From assembly GCF_006345805.1 (NCBI RefSeq), contig NC_042997.1, forward strand, positions 13,020,001 to 13,084,000: a stretch of DNA of 64,000 nucleotides, read 5' to 3'. Position numbers and translations under genes: made by a program. Every line of letters starts with the position of its first letter. The first letter of the stretch is position 1. The notes under the pieces are model-generated. The model saw only the letters and a list, made by a program, of their open reading frames with translations. It had not been told where the DNA came from and did no database searches. Source of the DNA: Octopus sinensis. Lineage: Eukaryota. Positions 40,935-54,149 of this stretch are shown here, piece after piece.

Positions 40935-41258
40935 TCTACAATTTTATTTATTTATGCGCCCTTTTCAAGCCTAGCCAGGCTCATGGGCCCGGTTTCCCAG
41001 TTTCTATGGCGTATGTGTTCCCCCAGCTGGACGGGATGCCAGTCCATCGTAGCGTTACTCAAGAAACAGGAAGAAAGAGTGAGAGAAAGTTGGGGCGAAA
41101 GGTACAACAGGGATCGCCACCACGCCCCGCCGAAGCCTCATGTAGCTTTATGTGTTTTCACTCAATAAACACACACAACGCCAGGTCTGGGAATCGAAAC
41201 CGCGATCCTCCGACCGTGAGTCCGCTGCCCTAACCACTGGGGCATTGCGCCTCCACAC
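40935..41258 (-). mobile_element. Family R SINE, tail Z
   Basis: Same head and body as 21190; tail gatggactggcatcccgtccagctggggg...aaagggcgcataaataaataaaat. Confidence 0.88.
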
Positions 41259-41296
41259 AGGTCCCTACAAAGTGAAATCAAACATTTGATATATAT

Positions 41297-41535
41297 TTCT
41301 TTATTACCCACAAGGGGCTAAACATAGAGGGGACAAACAAGGACAGACATAGGTATTAAGTCGATTACATCGACCCCAGTGTGTAACTGGTACTTATTTA
41401 ATCGATCCCGAAAGGATGAAAGGCAAATTCGACCTCGGCGGAATTTGAACTCAGAACGTAGCTGCAGGCCAAATACCGCTAAGCATTTCACCCGGCATGC
41501 TAACGTTTCTGCCAGCTCACCGCCGTACAACCGCC
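41297..41535 (-). mobile_element. Family M SINE, tail A, with 14-bp TSD
   Basis: caaacatttgatat on both sides. Confidence 0.9.
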
Positions 41536-42059
41536 GTACAAACATTTGATATCGAGATTGCAAAGCTAACTTCATGATGTGTCAGCTGTACATTTTGCTA
41601 CATACTGTCTTAATAGCAGAATGGATACACTGGACAATGTAGCGCACAAACAGGAAGTTCTAACCTAATCATACATAATAAAATGGGAGCTAAAAAATCA
41701 GTGTAATATACCCTCTACTCAACAAATTATTTACAATGTATTACTGAAAGTGGAGCTATGTTATTTCTTTGCCAAGTTGCTGGTTTTAGTCTATGCACTG
41801 TTGACAGGCTAATGCACTTTTTGTGAAAGGCGGACAAATACGTCGAACAGATATCATAACAGGTGAAAGGCAATAGGTATATTGGCCAAATAGCAAAAAA
41901 TTAAGATGGAAGTAATTTTAAAAATTACTAAATCCATATTTACGCGTGTGCACACACATACAGAGGTACCCACAAACACACACAGACACACATACAAACA
42001 CCCACATGTATATAACGCGAGATAGCAGGCAGAAATGTTACTGCGTCGAAAAAATTGCT

Positions 42060-42215
42060 CGTTGACATTTCTTCCGTCTTTAAAGTTCTGAGCTAAATTT
42101 CCTCCGAGTGCGAGTTTGCCTTTTTATTCTTTCGGGCCGGTAAGTATCAGTGGGGAGTTGTAGCTGATGTAACTCACTAGTGGCCTCCCTCAAAATTTCA
42201 CTTCTTGTGACTATT
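42060..42215 (+). mobile_element. Degenerate family M SINE, tail B
   Basis: gttctgagctaaatt...tttgccttt...tttcggg...cctccctcaaaatttc. Confidence 0.55.
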
Positions 42216-42849
42216 GTGGAAAAGATGTGTGGATGAGTGTGTGTGCGTGTGTGTATGCATATATACATTTACTTTATCACAAATAAATTATTTATCTACT
42301 AATGCAATGTTGTGCACTTATTTCACCGTTCCACATTTACGTATATGTATGTGTATGTGTTTGTGTGAAGATGTATATATAATATATATATATATAATAT
42401 ATATATATATAATATATATATATACACGCATATATGGGCACCTGGTTTCTAGTAGACGCTCCTCAACTGATTAATTGTCTCCAACACGACCATCACTAGT
42501 TTTCTTCCATTCCAAAGTTTACTGCTGTGAAACAGGAAAACTTTTATCACAGAAAACGATACATATAAAGGTCTCCCCGCCGAATCGCTGGTGCGAAAGT
42601 TGATGTGATTCAATAAAATACTATCTATACATAGTAGCATCTTGTTAATCAAACATTAAGTTGAATGCAATAAAGGAGAAATTCCTATCTCTGATATTAC
42701 TGTTAAATATATCCGACAAATAAGGAAGGAATTATGTACAAATATAAATGTTCTGTGACACATATAATAGAATAGAGGGAATCCTTTGATTTCAGATAGT
42801 GAAAACATTCTAAATAAGTATAGGTGAAAGAAAATATCCCAAGTTTGCG

Positions 42850-44691
42850 TGAATCCTAGGTCGTTGAGTGAGCCATCGTGTTCCTGCTCGGCGTGCTGGT
42901 ATAGAACCGATGAGTTCTTCTCTTCCTTAAGTTCCCTCCAATACCCATTTACCCGCTCTCCTATGCTCCGTGCTATTTCCCCTACGTACGTCGTTGTCTT
43001 GTTACTGCATCGTCCCTCTGTACATCTTATACTATAGACTACATTTCTTGCTTTACAGTTTGTTTTTGGACTAAATCTACATACAGTACAGTTCCTATCA
43101 GTACAGGGGGTTCTACTAAAAGGGTAGGTTCTACCAATTAGGGATATGACAGGGTTTCCTGACCTTTCAACAACCATAATTAGCTTAAGTGTATCTAGGG
43201 TCCTTCTACAGCGGTACGCCAGTTCGCCTCTAAGGATGGTGTCGACGAACATGACACTCTGGTATTTGTGGTTACCGTACCATGAGTTTACCTTCCCTAT
43301 TTTCTTCTTAGTCTTTTCAATGGTTTTCCATGACCTGTTCCTATAGAGTGGGCAAATCCCATTCCTATCGTTAGGTATAATAGTTTCAAATTTCCTCATG
43401 GATCCTTTGTGTATTCTGGCCGTTTCTTTATAGCTGTAACCTGTGAACGAAATGTTGTACGTGTCTCTTTAACTCTATAGGGTCGCACATGCGGCAAACA
43501 TTTCGCATTACTCTGACGAGATCTGCCATCAATATATTGAATTTGGCACTGTAAGCGATAGCTGAGTCCCAGTAGATCAGGTGTTTGGAGGCCATAGGTT
43601 TGGCATGGTGTGAATGAAGGATTCGGGTTTTATTATTCTCAATTTCCAGCCAGAGTTCTGAATCTAGTAGTGGTAGTCTATGGTTAGGGTGCTTTGTGGG
43701 GTAGTCTATCGTGACTTTAATACTCTGGTGGATGGAGTTAGCTATTTGCTGGATGCTCTCCATAGTATTAGTTTCTATTTCTATTTCAAGAGTACTCTCT
43801 TGTGTGGGTGTCTTTACCGCTACACTGATATCATCGACATAGCGGGAGTATATGTTCACGAGTATGGAGTTCTACGTCAGGCGTTCCTTAAGCCGTCTGT
43901 CCCACCATACCATGAAAAGGCTTGTTACATCACCGGCAATACTAACGCCGATGGCTGCCCCCTCGTCCTGGACGTGTGGCCTTTTATACTAGCTCTTAGT
44001 GCATGTGCGATCATTTTCGTTACCTGATAATCATTTGCGGGGTCCGTATGGCTCGGTCCATCTGCTCCATCTCTCTATATGGGTCTTCCTAGCCATAGAT
44101 GTAATTGTAGGTGGTCTACCTCTTAGACGTCTACTGGAGCAGAAACTTCTCAGGTCGTTTTTACCTAGATATTTACTGTCATATGTCCGTCTAAGTAGGA
44201 GGCCAAGTTCCTCTGTGTTAACATTGCGTAACTCCACTTCGCTCTCGTTGATCATCTCCACGCACTTCTCTACCGCAAAATCCACGTCGATAGATGGGTA
44301 TAGACGCATATTATTAAGAGGAATTAGAAGCATCTCCACACGAACAGAGAAAACCACACTTATGGATATAATACATGTAGAGAACACACATATTATACGC
44401 CAGTGCAATAGACATTTTAGAAAGAAATTCTCGTGGTTGAAACGTAAACAACAATACAAACTCGCAAAAGAAGAGAAACAGAAGTACCAAGATACAATAA
44501 ACGGAATTGTTATGACAGATGTCCCACTACCAGCAGAATTCAACAAGGACAACGAAGCGAACATCTATGGAGGAATAGCAACTGACCCAGATGAAAGGTC
44601 GGTACTTCAACTACCACCAAAATATGCTGTCTATAATAAGGTAAATACCATTCGATGGCTCTCTAAAATTGAAAAATACGTTGGAATTTAA
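42850..44691 (-). mobile_element. PLE of a distinct lineage: GIY-YIG and RT on minus (42850-44310), with an inverted N-terminal segment on plus (44311-44691)
   Basis: Minus: LYPSID, GAAIGVSIAGDV..LFMVWWDR, YSRYVDD, H.KPMAS, C..RNVVYSIRC...C...YVGE; plus: IYGG...DERSVLQLPPKYAVY...IEK. Confidence 0.9.
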
Positions 44692-45285
44692 ACATGTACA
44701 ATAACAACAACAACACGAGCGGCAACAACAGTACGAACAACAATACTGCAGCAACAATATGAACAACAACAGCAGAAACAACAAGTCGAACTACAACTCC
44801 ACAAAACAGTAGCAACAACAACAACAACAACGGCAAAAACGAACACACGAACACAAGCAACAAACACAAATACAAAAACAAAAACAAAGAAAAAATTGAA
44901 TACAAGAACAACAACAAAAACAACAACAGTAACAGGGGGAACGACACACAGATACAGAGATAACCATAGGCACAAGGACACGAATGAAAGTAGGGTCATG
45001 GGGGTCACGAGGGAGAATAAAGTTGAATGCAACAGAATTCTTGGACAGGGAGTCAGTAGACTTGAAACAGGTAACACTGCTGCTAGGAACAGAAACGACA
45101 ACCACAACAGAGGGAATGGCAGGGACCAACAGACAGACATAAGAACCAACACAAAGACGAACAACACATACACTGACACTAGGTACAAGAACAACGTGAA
45201 TATCACTAGCGGTAATCAGAGTGATAGTAATAGTGGTAGTGGTAGGAATAGCAGTAGAAGCGGTAGTAGTAGTAGTAGTAGTAGT

Positions 45286-45337
<52 letters not shown>

Positions 45338-45354
45338 CAGCAGCAGTACTAGCG

Positions 45355-45388
<34 letters not shown>

Positions 45389-45537
45389 CGGTAGTAGTAG
45401 TAACAGTGGTGGTGATAGTAGTAGTGGTGGTGGTGGTGGTGGTGGTAGTAGTAGTAGTAGTAATAGTAGTAGTAGTAGTAGTAGTGGCGGTAGTAGTAGT
45501 AACAGTGGTGGTGATAGTAGTAGTGGTGGTGGTGGTG

Positions 45538-45584
<47 letters not shown>

Positions 45585-45660
45585 TAGTAGTAGTAGTAGT
45601 AGTAGTGGCAATAGTGGTGGTAGTAGTAGTGGGGTCGATGATGGTAGCAGTAACGACGGT
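44692..45660. repeat. AAC-rich low-complexity tract followed by a (GTA/GTG)n array with an internal duplication of about 98 bp
   Basis: Read directly; source of the 326-aa poly-Val ORF. Confidence 0.9.
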
Positions 45661-46611
45661 AATAATAGTAGTAATGAGGAAGATAACCCTAGAAGGGCCA
45701 ACAACATGAATACTCACCTCCGTGACACTCAATTCTTCAGAAACTCGAATCCGTGTGTATCATGTCAGATTGAAGATGGGAACGATTGCTTCCCTTTGCT
45801 AATACGGATAAGGCACAGAAAGTGTGTCAAGAGCCAGCTGGAGAAGATGTCCTCCTGGGACTACAAGCTACAGTAGTATCCACCATTAGGGGTTAGCCAT
45901 ATTTAAGTGGCAAATATACTTCACGATGTCGTGCAGCTACTGTTTATACATCGCTCAGAGATTTATTATATGTATATATAGATAGATAGATACGCGTACG
46001 GGAAAACCTACTTTTTTCAGTCGAGGACATAAATGCCCCATTATTAGACTATGTTCCTTAGTCATTTGCATGGTGCTCGCTATAGGCTTTAAACTTATAA
46101 AATATACCATTATTATTATTTACAGATTTGTAAAACTCGACACCGCTTAACGAAACCATATATATGTGCATACATTCAGACACACGCACGTACACATTGC
46201 TTAATGCCTAAAATAATAAATTCCGGATATTGATCAAGTACTAAAAGTAATTCAAGTAATAAATATCCGCGTATTAATTACCGCGTTACTTTTGTTTATC
46301 GAGTTGCTGAAATCCTGCAGGAAGCGGGGTGAGGGTTATGGTCAATGCCGTAATCTGACTGGTCATCTATTATTTTGAAAGGCCATGATTTTGTTATGGT
46401 TGGTTAATGTATTACCGATAACATAAACAACAAAGTAAGCAAAAATATATAAATGTATACAAATAAAAACCAATAATTCAAGGTTAGCTATTAGTAGGTG
46501 GGATAGTAAAAGTCAATAAAGAAAATGATATAGGGACTTGAATCTATTATAATATATTAAATTAAGTTAAGTTATGTTAAATTACGCAATATATTATATA
46601 AATGTGAATGA

Positions 46612-46666
<55 letters not shown>

Positions 46667-47044
46667 AAATATTTAGAGACAAACCACTATTTTGCAAAAC
46701 AACAAGGAAAGACTTAATCATTATTAAAATTTTATGTATTGATTAGTCTTTCTTGTTTGTTTTGCAAATCGTGGTTTGTGTCTCTAATAATATTTTAATA
46801 TTTTTACTATAAATTTGGATTTAATCCTAAATCTGATTTTTTCCCTGTAAATTTGGATTTATTCCCTAATATTTATTATTTATATATTATATATGATATA
46901 TATAGATATATATATATATATGTAACATGCCGGATAAGCCGGATAAGCACATCAATGTGAAACAAGGTGGAAAAAAGAGTACTCAAATACCAGAGGTAGA
47001 GTAATATGCTTTATTTAAAAGCAGCTGAAATATAACAAAAGCTG

Positions 47045-47075
<31 letters not shown>

Positions 47076-47095
47076 ATACAATATTATATATATAT

Positions 47096-47139
<44 letters not shown>

Positions 47140-47647
47140 TATATATATATATATATTAGTATTTTAAGTTAAAGTGATATTACTAAGAGGATTAGTGTTT
47201 AATAGACTGCATATTACAAATATATTTTTAAAAAACAGTATATAATACATGTATCTGACGAATTAGGGGAATCACATATGTATTTACTAAACCATATGGG
47301 TAATATAGAGTTAAAATTATATGTTGGAAGTTATTCGGACCAAATTCAAATAAGGGACAAAAGACCAAAAGTGACCGCACTTGTTATTTCACTAAGTTGT
47401 TAGTTATCGCTAAAATCATATTTAAAATCTATGTTATCTGACAAAATGCCTCAAATGCAAGACACTACGTAATAGTGTTGAGTCACTTAATTAATGAAAC
47501 AATCAGTCATTAAGGCCTTTAAAATATTTATTTGTCTATATATTCAGTTAATTACTTTTAATGTTATGTTTCAGAGGTGTGTGGGTGAATGGGGGGGGTT
47601 ATGAAGTTATAAATAGAATGACGGGAGGTAACTCTGGGTTATTAAGG

Positions 47648-47903
47648 CAGTGAGCTGGTAGAAACGTTAGCAGGCAGTGAGCTGGTAGAAACGTTAGCAC
47701 GCCGGGCGAAATTCGTAGCCGTATTTCGTCTGTCGTTACGTTCCGAGTTCAAATTCCGCCGAGGTCGACTTTGCCTTTCATCCTTTCGGGGTCGATAAAT
47801 TAAGTACCAGTTACGCACTGGGGTCGATGTAGTCCACTTAATCCGTTTGTCTGTCCTTGTTTGTCCCCTCTGTGTTTAGCCCCTTGTGGGTAGTAAAGAA
47901 ATA
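47648..47903 (+). mobile_element. Family M SINE, tail A, with 27-bp head duplication
   Basis: ggcagtgagctggtagaaacgttagca twice; short TSD tattaag. Confidence 0.9.
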
Positions 47904-48019
47904 TATTAAGAGCTATACGTCTAAGATATTACTATGGATCTCACATTTACTATTTTGTTGCATGAATCCCCAAACATTATATATGGATCCCCAGGAACCA
48001 TATGAAATTCGGTCAAGAT

Positions 48020-48350
48020 CCACTGATTTTGATCACTACTGACTTCATAGAGGTTATTGGTTTTATCAGAAAATACGTTTTTTTTAGAAATTTTAAAATT
48101 TCTAATATCAGATTTGTTTGACTTGGAAAAGGTTATAGTATTTGTGGTATCTTATATTTAGTACTAAATGAAGGAGCTGCCTCAGAAGGAGCTAAATCTT
48201 TTGTATTTGGCGAACATTTACATGTGTTTAATTAATAACATCTCGTGACAGTGGGTGTTAGTATAGCACCAAAAAATAATGCCTTCCATCTCATCCGTAT
48301 GACGAGATCTTTAACTTTCTCTAGAAGCATCCTAAAAGTTTCATACTGGC
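48020..48350 (-). mobile_element. PLE N-terminal fragment (further lineage)
   Basis: LLEKVKDLVIRMRWKALFF...KCSPNTKDL and, after a frameshift, NVFSDKTNNLYEV. Confidence 0.7.
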
Positions 48351-49317
48351 CGATTATATAACATGCGATGCGTCTCCAAACAATCTTTCAGGCTCAGTGT
48401 ATACATATGTTTTTAGATCTATGTGAAAATCGGCATGAAACTATTAGTAGCTATTTTTTCACATTCTGTGTGTGTTAAATTATATATATATCGCACTAGA
48501 TGTTACATATCTATATATATGTGTTGTGTACGATCGCGTGCGTTTGCGTATGTCTGTTTATATACACGTGTATACATACATGTGTATATATGTTTGTATG
48601 CATGCATGTACGTATGTATAAACAGATATGCATTCACATGCATTATAACGACTCTGAGATTTTGTATACATACACTGTTTTATCGATCTATAACAATATG
48701 TATGTGTGTCTCTGAGTATCTGTTTTACTCAGTTTGTGTATATATCTATGCATACATGCAAGCATGCTTGTGGATCTGTTTTTAAGTGTGTATATGTGTG
48801 CATTTGAGTGTCTCTTTTAGTTTGCGCGCGCGCGTAAGTGTTCCTGTGTGCGTTTTCCACTACTTCCACTCCTGGAAGTCGAGGAAAATGGACTGGAATG
48901 GAATAACACGGAAATGGTATCTACTTTAGTTCTATATTTATTTAAAGGGAAAACCGAAAACATATTTCAAAGTTATAGCAGTTTCGAAACACCATACACT
49001 ATGTACGTTTGTTTTTGTATCGGTTATTTGTTTGTTTATTCAATTATTCTTTTGAAGCAATGTCTATTTTTCTATACAGATGAATGTATGGAAGCCCGAA
49101 ATGTACAACCGCATATCTAATTTGGTTTAAGTCATTGATTAATTAGTCGATAATCTACAAACGAAAGTAGAAGAAAATATATGAACTTTGCCGATAGAAA
49201 ATTAAGAAGAATCCTCTTAAGATTTATTCCGTGTAACGTAGCTTTGATCTAAACCCATCCAATAGGTTCTTTTGTTAGCAGAGCCTAGAGCAGAGATAAG
49301 AGAAAAAGAAAAAGAGC

Positions 49318-49361
<44 letters not shown>

Positions 49362-49540
49362 GAGGGGGCATAGGAAGAAAGAAAGAAAAGAAGGAAGTAG
49401 ACGAGGAGAAAAAGAGAGATCTAGAAAATATATACTGCCTGAATGACAGAGTTGAAAGAGACCGAGTCATTGTAAAAGCTTCCATAATTGTAAATGCATA
49501 TATATATTATATATATTACATAGATACATACACACGCATA

Positions 49541-49600
<60 letters not shown>

Positions 49601-49730
49601 ATAGATATATATATATATATATGTTGTGTGTGTGTATACACATACATATATATACATGTATATACATATATAATATATGTGAGCCGCGAGAGTTTGCGCG
49701 CGCCAGTGTATGTATATATATATATATATA

Positions 49731-49781
<51 letters not shown>

Positions 49782-50149
49782 ACATATGTATTGATACATA
49801 TATGTAAACATATTCAGGCATTAATACAAACAAGCTATCTTAAAGATTTCGTATTTGGTATTTACTCTGCTCTTTGTGTATGGTGATAAATTTGTGCGTG
49901 TATTGCATGTGTACATATAAGTATGTTTGTGAGTATATGTGCGCGAACACGCACGCGCACATGCATTTATAATTTGAATTCAGAACTTAAAGTGCCGGAA
50001 GAAATGAGTTATCGATTCTACCAGCTCGTGGTTGTCTTTATAATGATAAATATGATAACAAGAGCACAAGGCAACACCAACGTCCTCTCAACGATTAGCC
50101 GGAGATGATTTTTTAAAATGAGAATAACAAATAAACGCGGCTGTTCTCA

Positions 50150-50520
50150 CAAACGAGAAAATTAAAAACGAACACGACCGCTCTCAAAAATTAAGTAAAA
50201 AAACCGGAAAAGTACTTCAGAATCCTTGTCCCGTGCAAGATCGATTTCAATGCTAATGATGGGTTGTAAAGGTGGGTGTGAGGGCTGTATTTGTGATGCT
50301 GTGTGTGTGTGGTCTGCAGTGGGAACAGGGACAGTTTTCTCTATGAAGGCCTTTTTTTTCAGTCTATCCACTGATATAGTGTCTTTACGACCATTAAGGT
50401 CTATAGGGAAATATTTATCCGTGTGTGAAAGAAAGCGGAACGGACCTGCATACGGTGCATTTAACGGAGGTTTAACAACATCGTTGCGTACAAAACCGTG
50501 AGTCCAAGAACTAAAGCGCC
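50150..50520 (-). mobile_element. Gypsy-type LTR retrotransposon integrase C-terminal (GPY/F) remnant
   Basis: WTHGFVRNDVVKPPLNAPYAGPFRFLSHTDKYFPIDLNGRKDTISVDRLK...SGRVRF. Confidence 0.85.
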
Positions 50521-50859
50521 CTTCAAGACAGAGCTAGAAATGCAATTGTCAAGTAGGTAAGAGGTGTTATTGTCCAGGATAAATTGAATTTACTATTGTT
50601 ACTGAATATGATAGTGTTATTTAATTTCTGCCGTTTATTTATGTAGTTTTTTTTTCTTTATCCATCAGTCTTGCTAAGATAGAGATGCGAGCAAAATTAA
50701 TAATTGATAAACGAAAATAAAACTTTGGAAACAGCAACGGCACCATAAATTACGTGGAAACCATGAGCGTGCTTTCAAGGGAGATAATCAGAGAAACACT
50801 TGAAAGTCAGCGTAAGATCGTAATACTTCACGTAAAGTAAATATAACAAATAATCCAGA

Positions 50860-51032
50860 ATCCTTGACCGGTACCGGATCGATCCCAAAATCTAATCAGT
50901 TCGTACCAGTCACGAGGTCAACAACCTTGGAAGTTTCATCCGAATTCCATTAAGCAGTCCTTGAGATATCTTGTCCACGGACAAACAAACAAACACGACT
51001 GAAAACAATACTTCCACCTTCACTAAGGCGGA

Positions 51033-51036
<4 letters not shown>
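50860..51036 (+). mobile_element. Possible non-autonomous Helentron/HINE-like end fragment
   Basis: (AAAC)n followed by GC-rich hairpin cttccacctt-cact-aaggcggagg, running into (TAA)n. Confidence 0.35.
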
Positions 51037-51100
<64 letters not shown>

Positions 51101-51387
51101 GATGATGACGAAGAAGAAGAAGAGTTAGAAGAAGTTGAAGAAGAAGAAGTAGAAGAAGAAGAAGAAGAAGAAGAAGAAGAAGAAGAGAAGAAGAAGAGAA
51201 GAAGAAGAGCAACAACAACAATATCAACAATATAAATTTTAATAATTTTATAAATCATAGGGTCTGCTGAATTTATAGACACTTCAGAGTGTATGAGAAA
51301 GAAAGTGGACGGGGAAGTGATTGTAAGCAAAAATTACGAGACAGTTATTAAACCGAAAAAGCGCTAAAATGAAAACAGGCAGGGATC

Positions 51388-51808
51388 TCTTTACTCTTTC
51401 TTTACTCTTTTACTTGTTTCAGTCATTTGACTGCGGCCATGCTTGAGCACCGCCTTTAGTCGAGCAAATCGACCACAGGACTTATTCTTTGTAAGCCTAG
51501 TATTTATTCTATCGTTCTCTTTTGCCGAACCGCTAAGTTACGGAGGCGTAAACACACCACCATCGGTTGTCAAGCGATGTTGGGGGGGGGGACAAACACA
51601 GACACACAAACATATACACACATACATATATACATATATATACGACGAGCTTCTTTCAGTTTCCGTCTACCAAATCCACTCATAAGGCTTTGGTCGGCCC
51701 GAGGCTATAGTAGAAGACACTTGCCCAAGGTACCACGCAGTGGGACTGAACCCGGAACCGTATGGTTCGTAAGCAAGCTACTTACTACACAGCCACTCCT
51801 ACGCCTAG
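51388..51808 (-). mobile_element. Family C CORE-like SINE, full length
   Basis: All family modules present; head RC aggcgtaggagtggctgtgtag. Confidence 0.9.
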
Positions 51809-52210
51809 GTATGTTAATATTTTAGGACAACAATACGCACTGTTGCTCTTGATGTTTCAGACCAAATGTGGTATTTGAGAAAAATTTAACTGCTATTTCA
51901 TCCCGAATGAGGAGTCAGATATAATTGTCTTTAAAGTTTCACTGTTCCTCGTTGTGCTAACCAATCATTTTCGTTGCTTTTACTCTCGTTTTGTGTTACT
52001 TGAAACCTGTTCGCCATTTAGTTTTCACTTTTCTTACGATGGTTAGTTGTTATTCAAAGGAAATTTGGTAACTAAATCTTGCACGTTGAACAACAGTGTA
52101 AAGGATCTCACATTAGCTGGGTATTAACAGGTCGAAAACTCATAAATGCATACTTTTATGTACGCTAACACAAGCTATTCTGGTGGAGGTAGCCGGTATT
52201 TATCTCACTG

Positions 52211-52441
52211 AAGGCGGCGAGCTGGCAGAAACGTTAGCACGCCGGGCGAAATGCTTAGCGGTATTTCGTCTGCGTTACGTTGTGAGTTCAAATTCCGCCG
52301 AGGTCGATTTTGCCTTTCATCCTTTCGGGGTCGATAAATTAAGTACCAGTTACGAACTGGGTCGATGTAATCGACTTAATACCTATGTCTGTCCTTGTTT
52401 GTCCCCTCTGTGTTTAGCCCCTTGTGGGTAATAAGGAAATA
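52211..52441 (+). mobile_element. Family M SINE, tail A, with 16-bp TSD
   Basis: ggtatttatctcactg at 52195-52210 and 52442-52457. Confidence 0.93.
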
Positions 52442-53023
52442 GGTATTTATCTCACTGCTAGCGTTAGAGACCAGAGTACATTTTGCACCAAAAATCCACT
52501 TTGAGAGATTCTCTCACGGTACCTACCACAGTATTGAATGTTCTACTAGAACCTCCAAGTTTAAGTGGGGATAAATATTACCGCTCGGTATTTGTATTGC
52601 CTCTTTTGCTCATATATATTACTTAACAATCTAACTAGCTAATCGCGACACCAGCACCTGCTCTGGTACCGTGATTGCATATATCGCGTAGAGAATAATC
52701 GCTGCTGCCTCTGGCGGTCGAATAACCCTCATTGACAAGACCAAACTAGGCCCAAATCATCTGATATTGTGCTCTTGATGCTGGGAATGGTTGGGCTTTA
52801 TCTCTCAACTAACGATATAGAAAAGACAGCATTTTGCACCAAACAGCCAATATGATGGTATCTCTCATGTTAACTATCACAGTATTGTTTATTGTAATAG
52901 AACATCCACGTTTAAATAGAGATAAATAATACCTGGTGGTATGTATATATATATAACACAAGCAGTATTAATACATATATATATATATATGTATATTAAT
53001 ATATATATATATATAATATTAAT

Positions 53024-53067
<44 letters not shown>

Positions 53068-53182
53068 CAAAGTGGAGTTGTTGGGTACCGCACGAGTGGA
53101 ATTATATACGAAAGAAGGTTTGAAAATGCAAACCGGTAAAGTAAATAAACATATTTTAAATTGCATTTTCAAACCTTCTTTC

Positions 53183-53226
<44 letters not shown>

Positions 53227-53445
53227 TATATATTATATATATATATATATGCAACTCTGTATGTATGCATACGGGTGAGTAAACATTAACAGCCAACCTG
53301 ATTTACATATGAACATTATTTGTCCACCTAGTATCTGTATTTTGCACCCAAAACTCAATATGAGGGTTTCTCTCAGGGTAACTATCGCAGTATAGTTTAT
53401 TGTAATAGAACATCCTCGTTTGAATAGGGATAATATTAACCTGGC

Positions 53446-53511
<66 letters not shown>

Positions 53512-54149
53512 AAATAAAAGCACATGTCAACCGAGATATGATATAATGTTTTCCAAGGAGAACAATAGAAACATAATGTTAATGTTCACCGCCCAAAGGC
53601 TTTCAAATAAATAGCTGTGGAATTTATCTGCATGGCACATGCTTCTGCCTCAATGGAATGGATATTCAAATATGTACATTCTTTACTGAGGTAATCAACA
53701 TTTTAAATATATAACTGAATTATTTACATGATTCAGGTATCGCATATTGTAAATTAACCTTTGGTATGCTCATGTGTTTCTGCACGTGCGTGCTTGTTTG
53801 TCTCTGTGTTATCGCTTGAAGTGTGTGTTATCTCAATACTTCTGTTTGAGAGCGCGTGCGTTTGTGTGCGTATGAGGCCTGTAGATTCTACAATACTTCA
53901 ACTTAGGTGTCTAAACAACTCTAGAGCAGATATAACCATCGTTTTGGCCCTCTTCTAGTTGCCCGACAGATCATTAAGTATGGCACAAATGGACCGAGAA
54001 AGGCTACACTAGCAAGCGACTGGTACTGAATAAAAATATTGGATCCACATGTAATATGACCTCCTTAGAACAAATGATATTATAATAGTGAACTCAACAC
54101 TCAAACTAACTACTATTTCAGGCAACCTCACTTATATATGTTTGAGTGT

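Noticed and set aside
44896-45876. 326-aa plus-strand ORF
   Set aside because: Mostly a (GTA/GTG)n poly-Val read-through; no recognisable domain.
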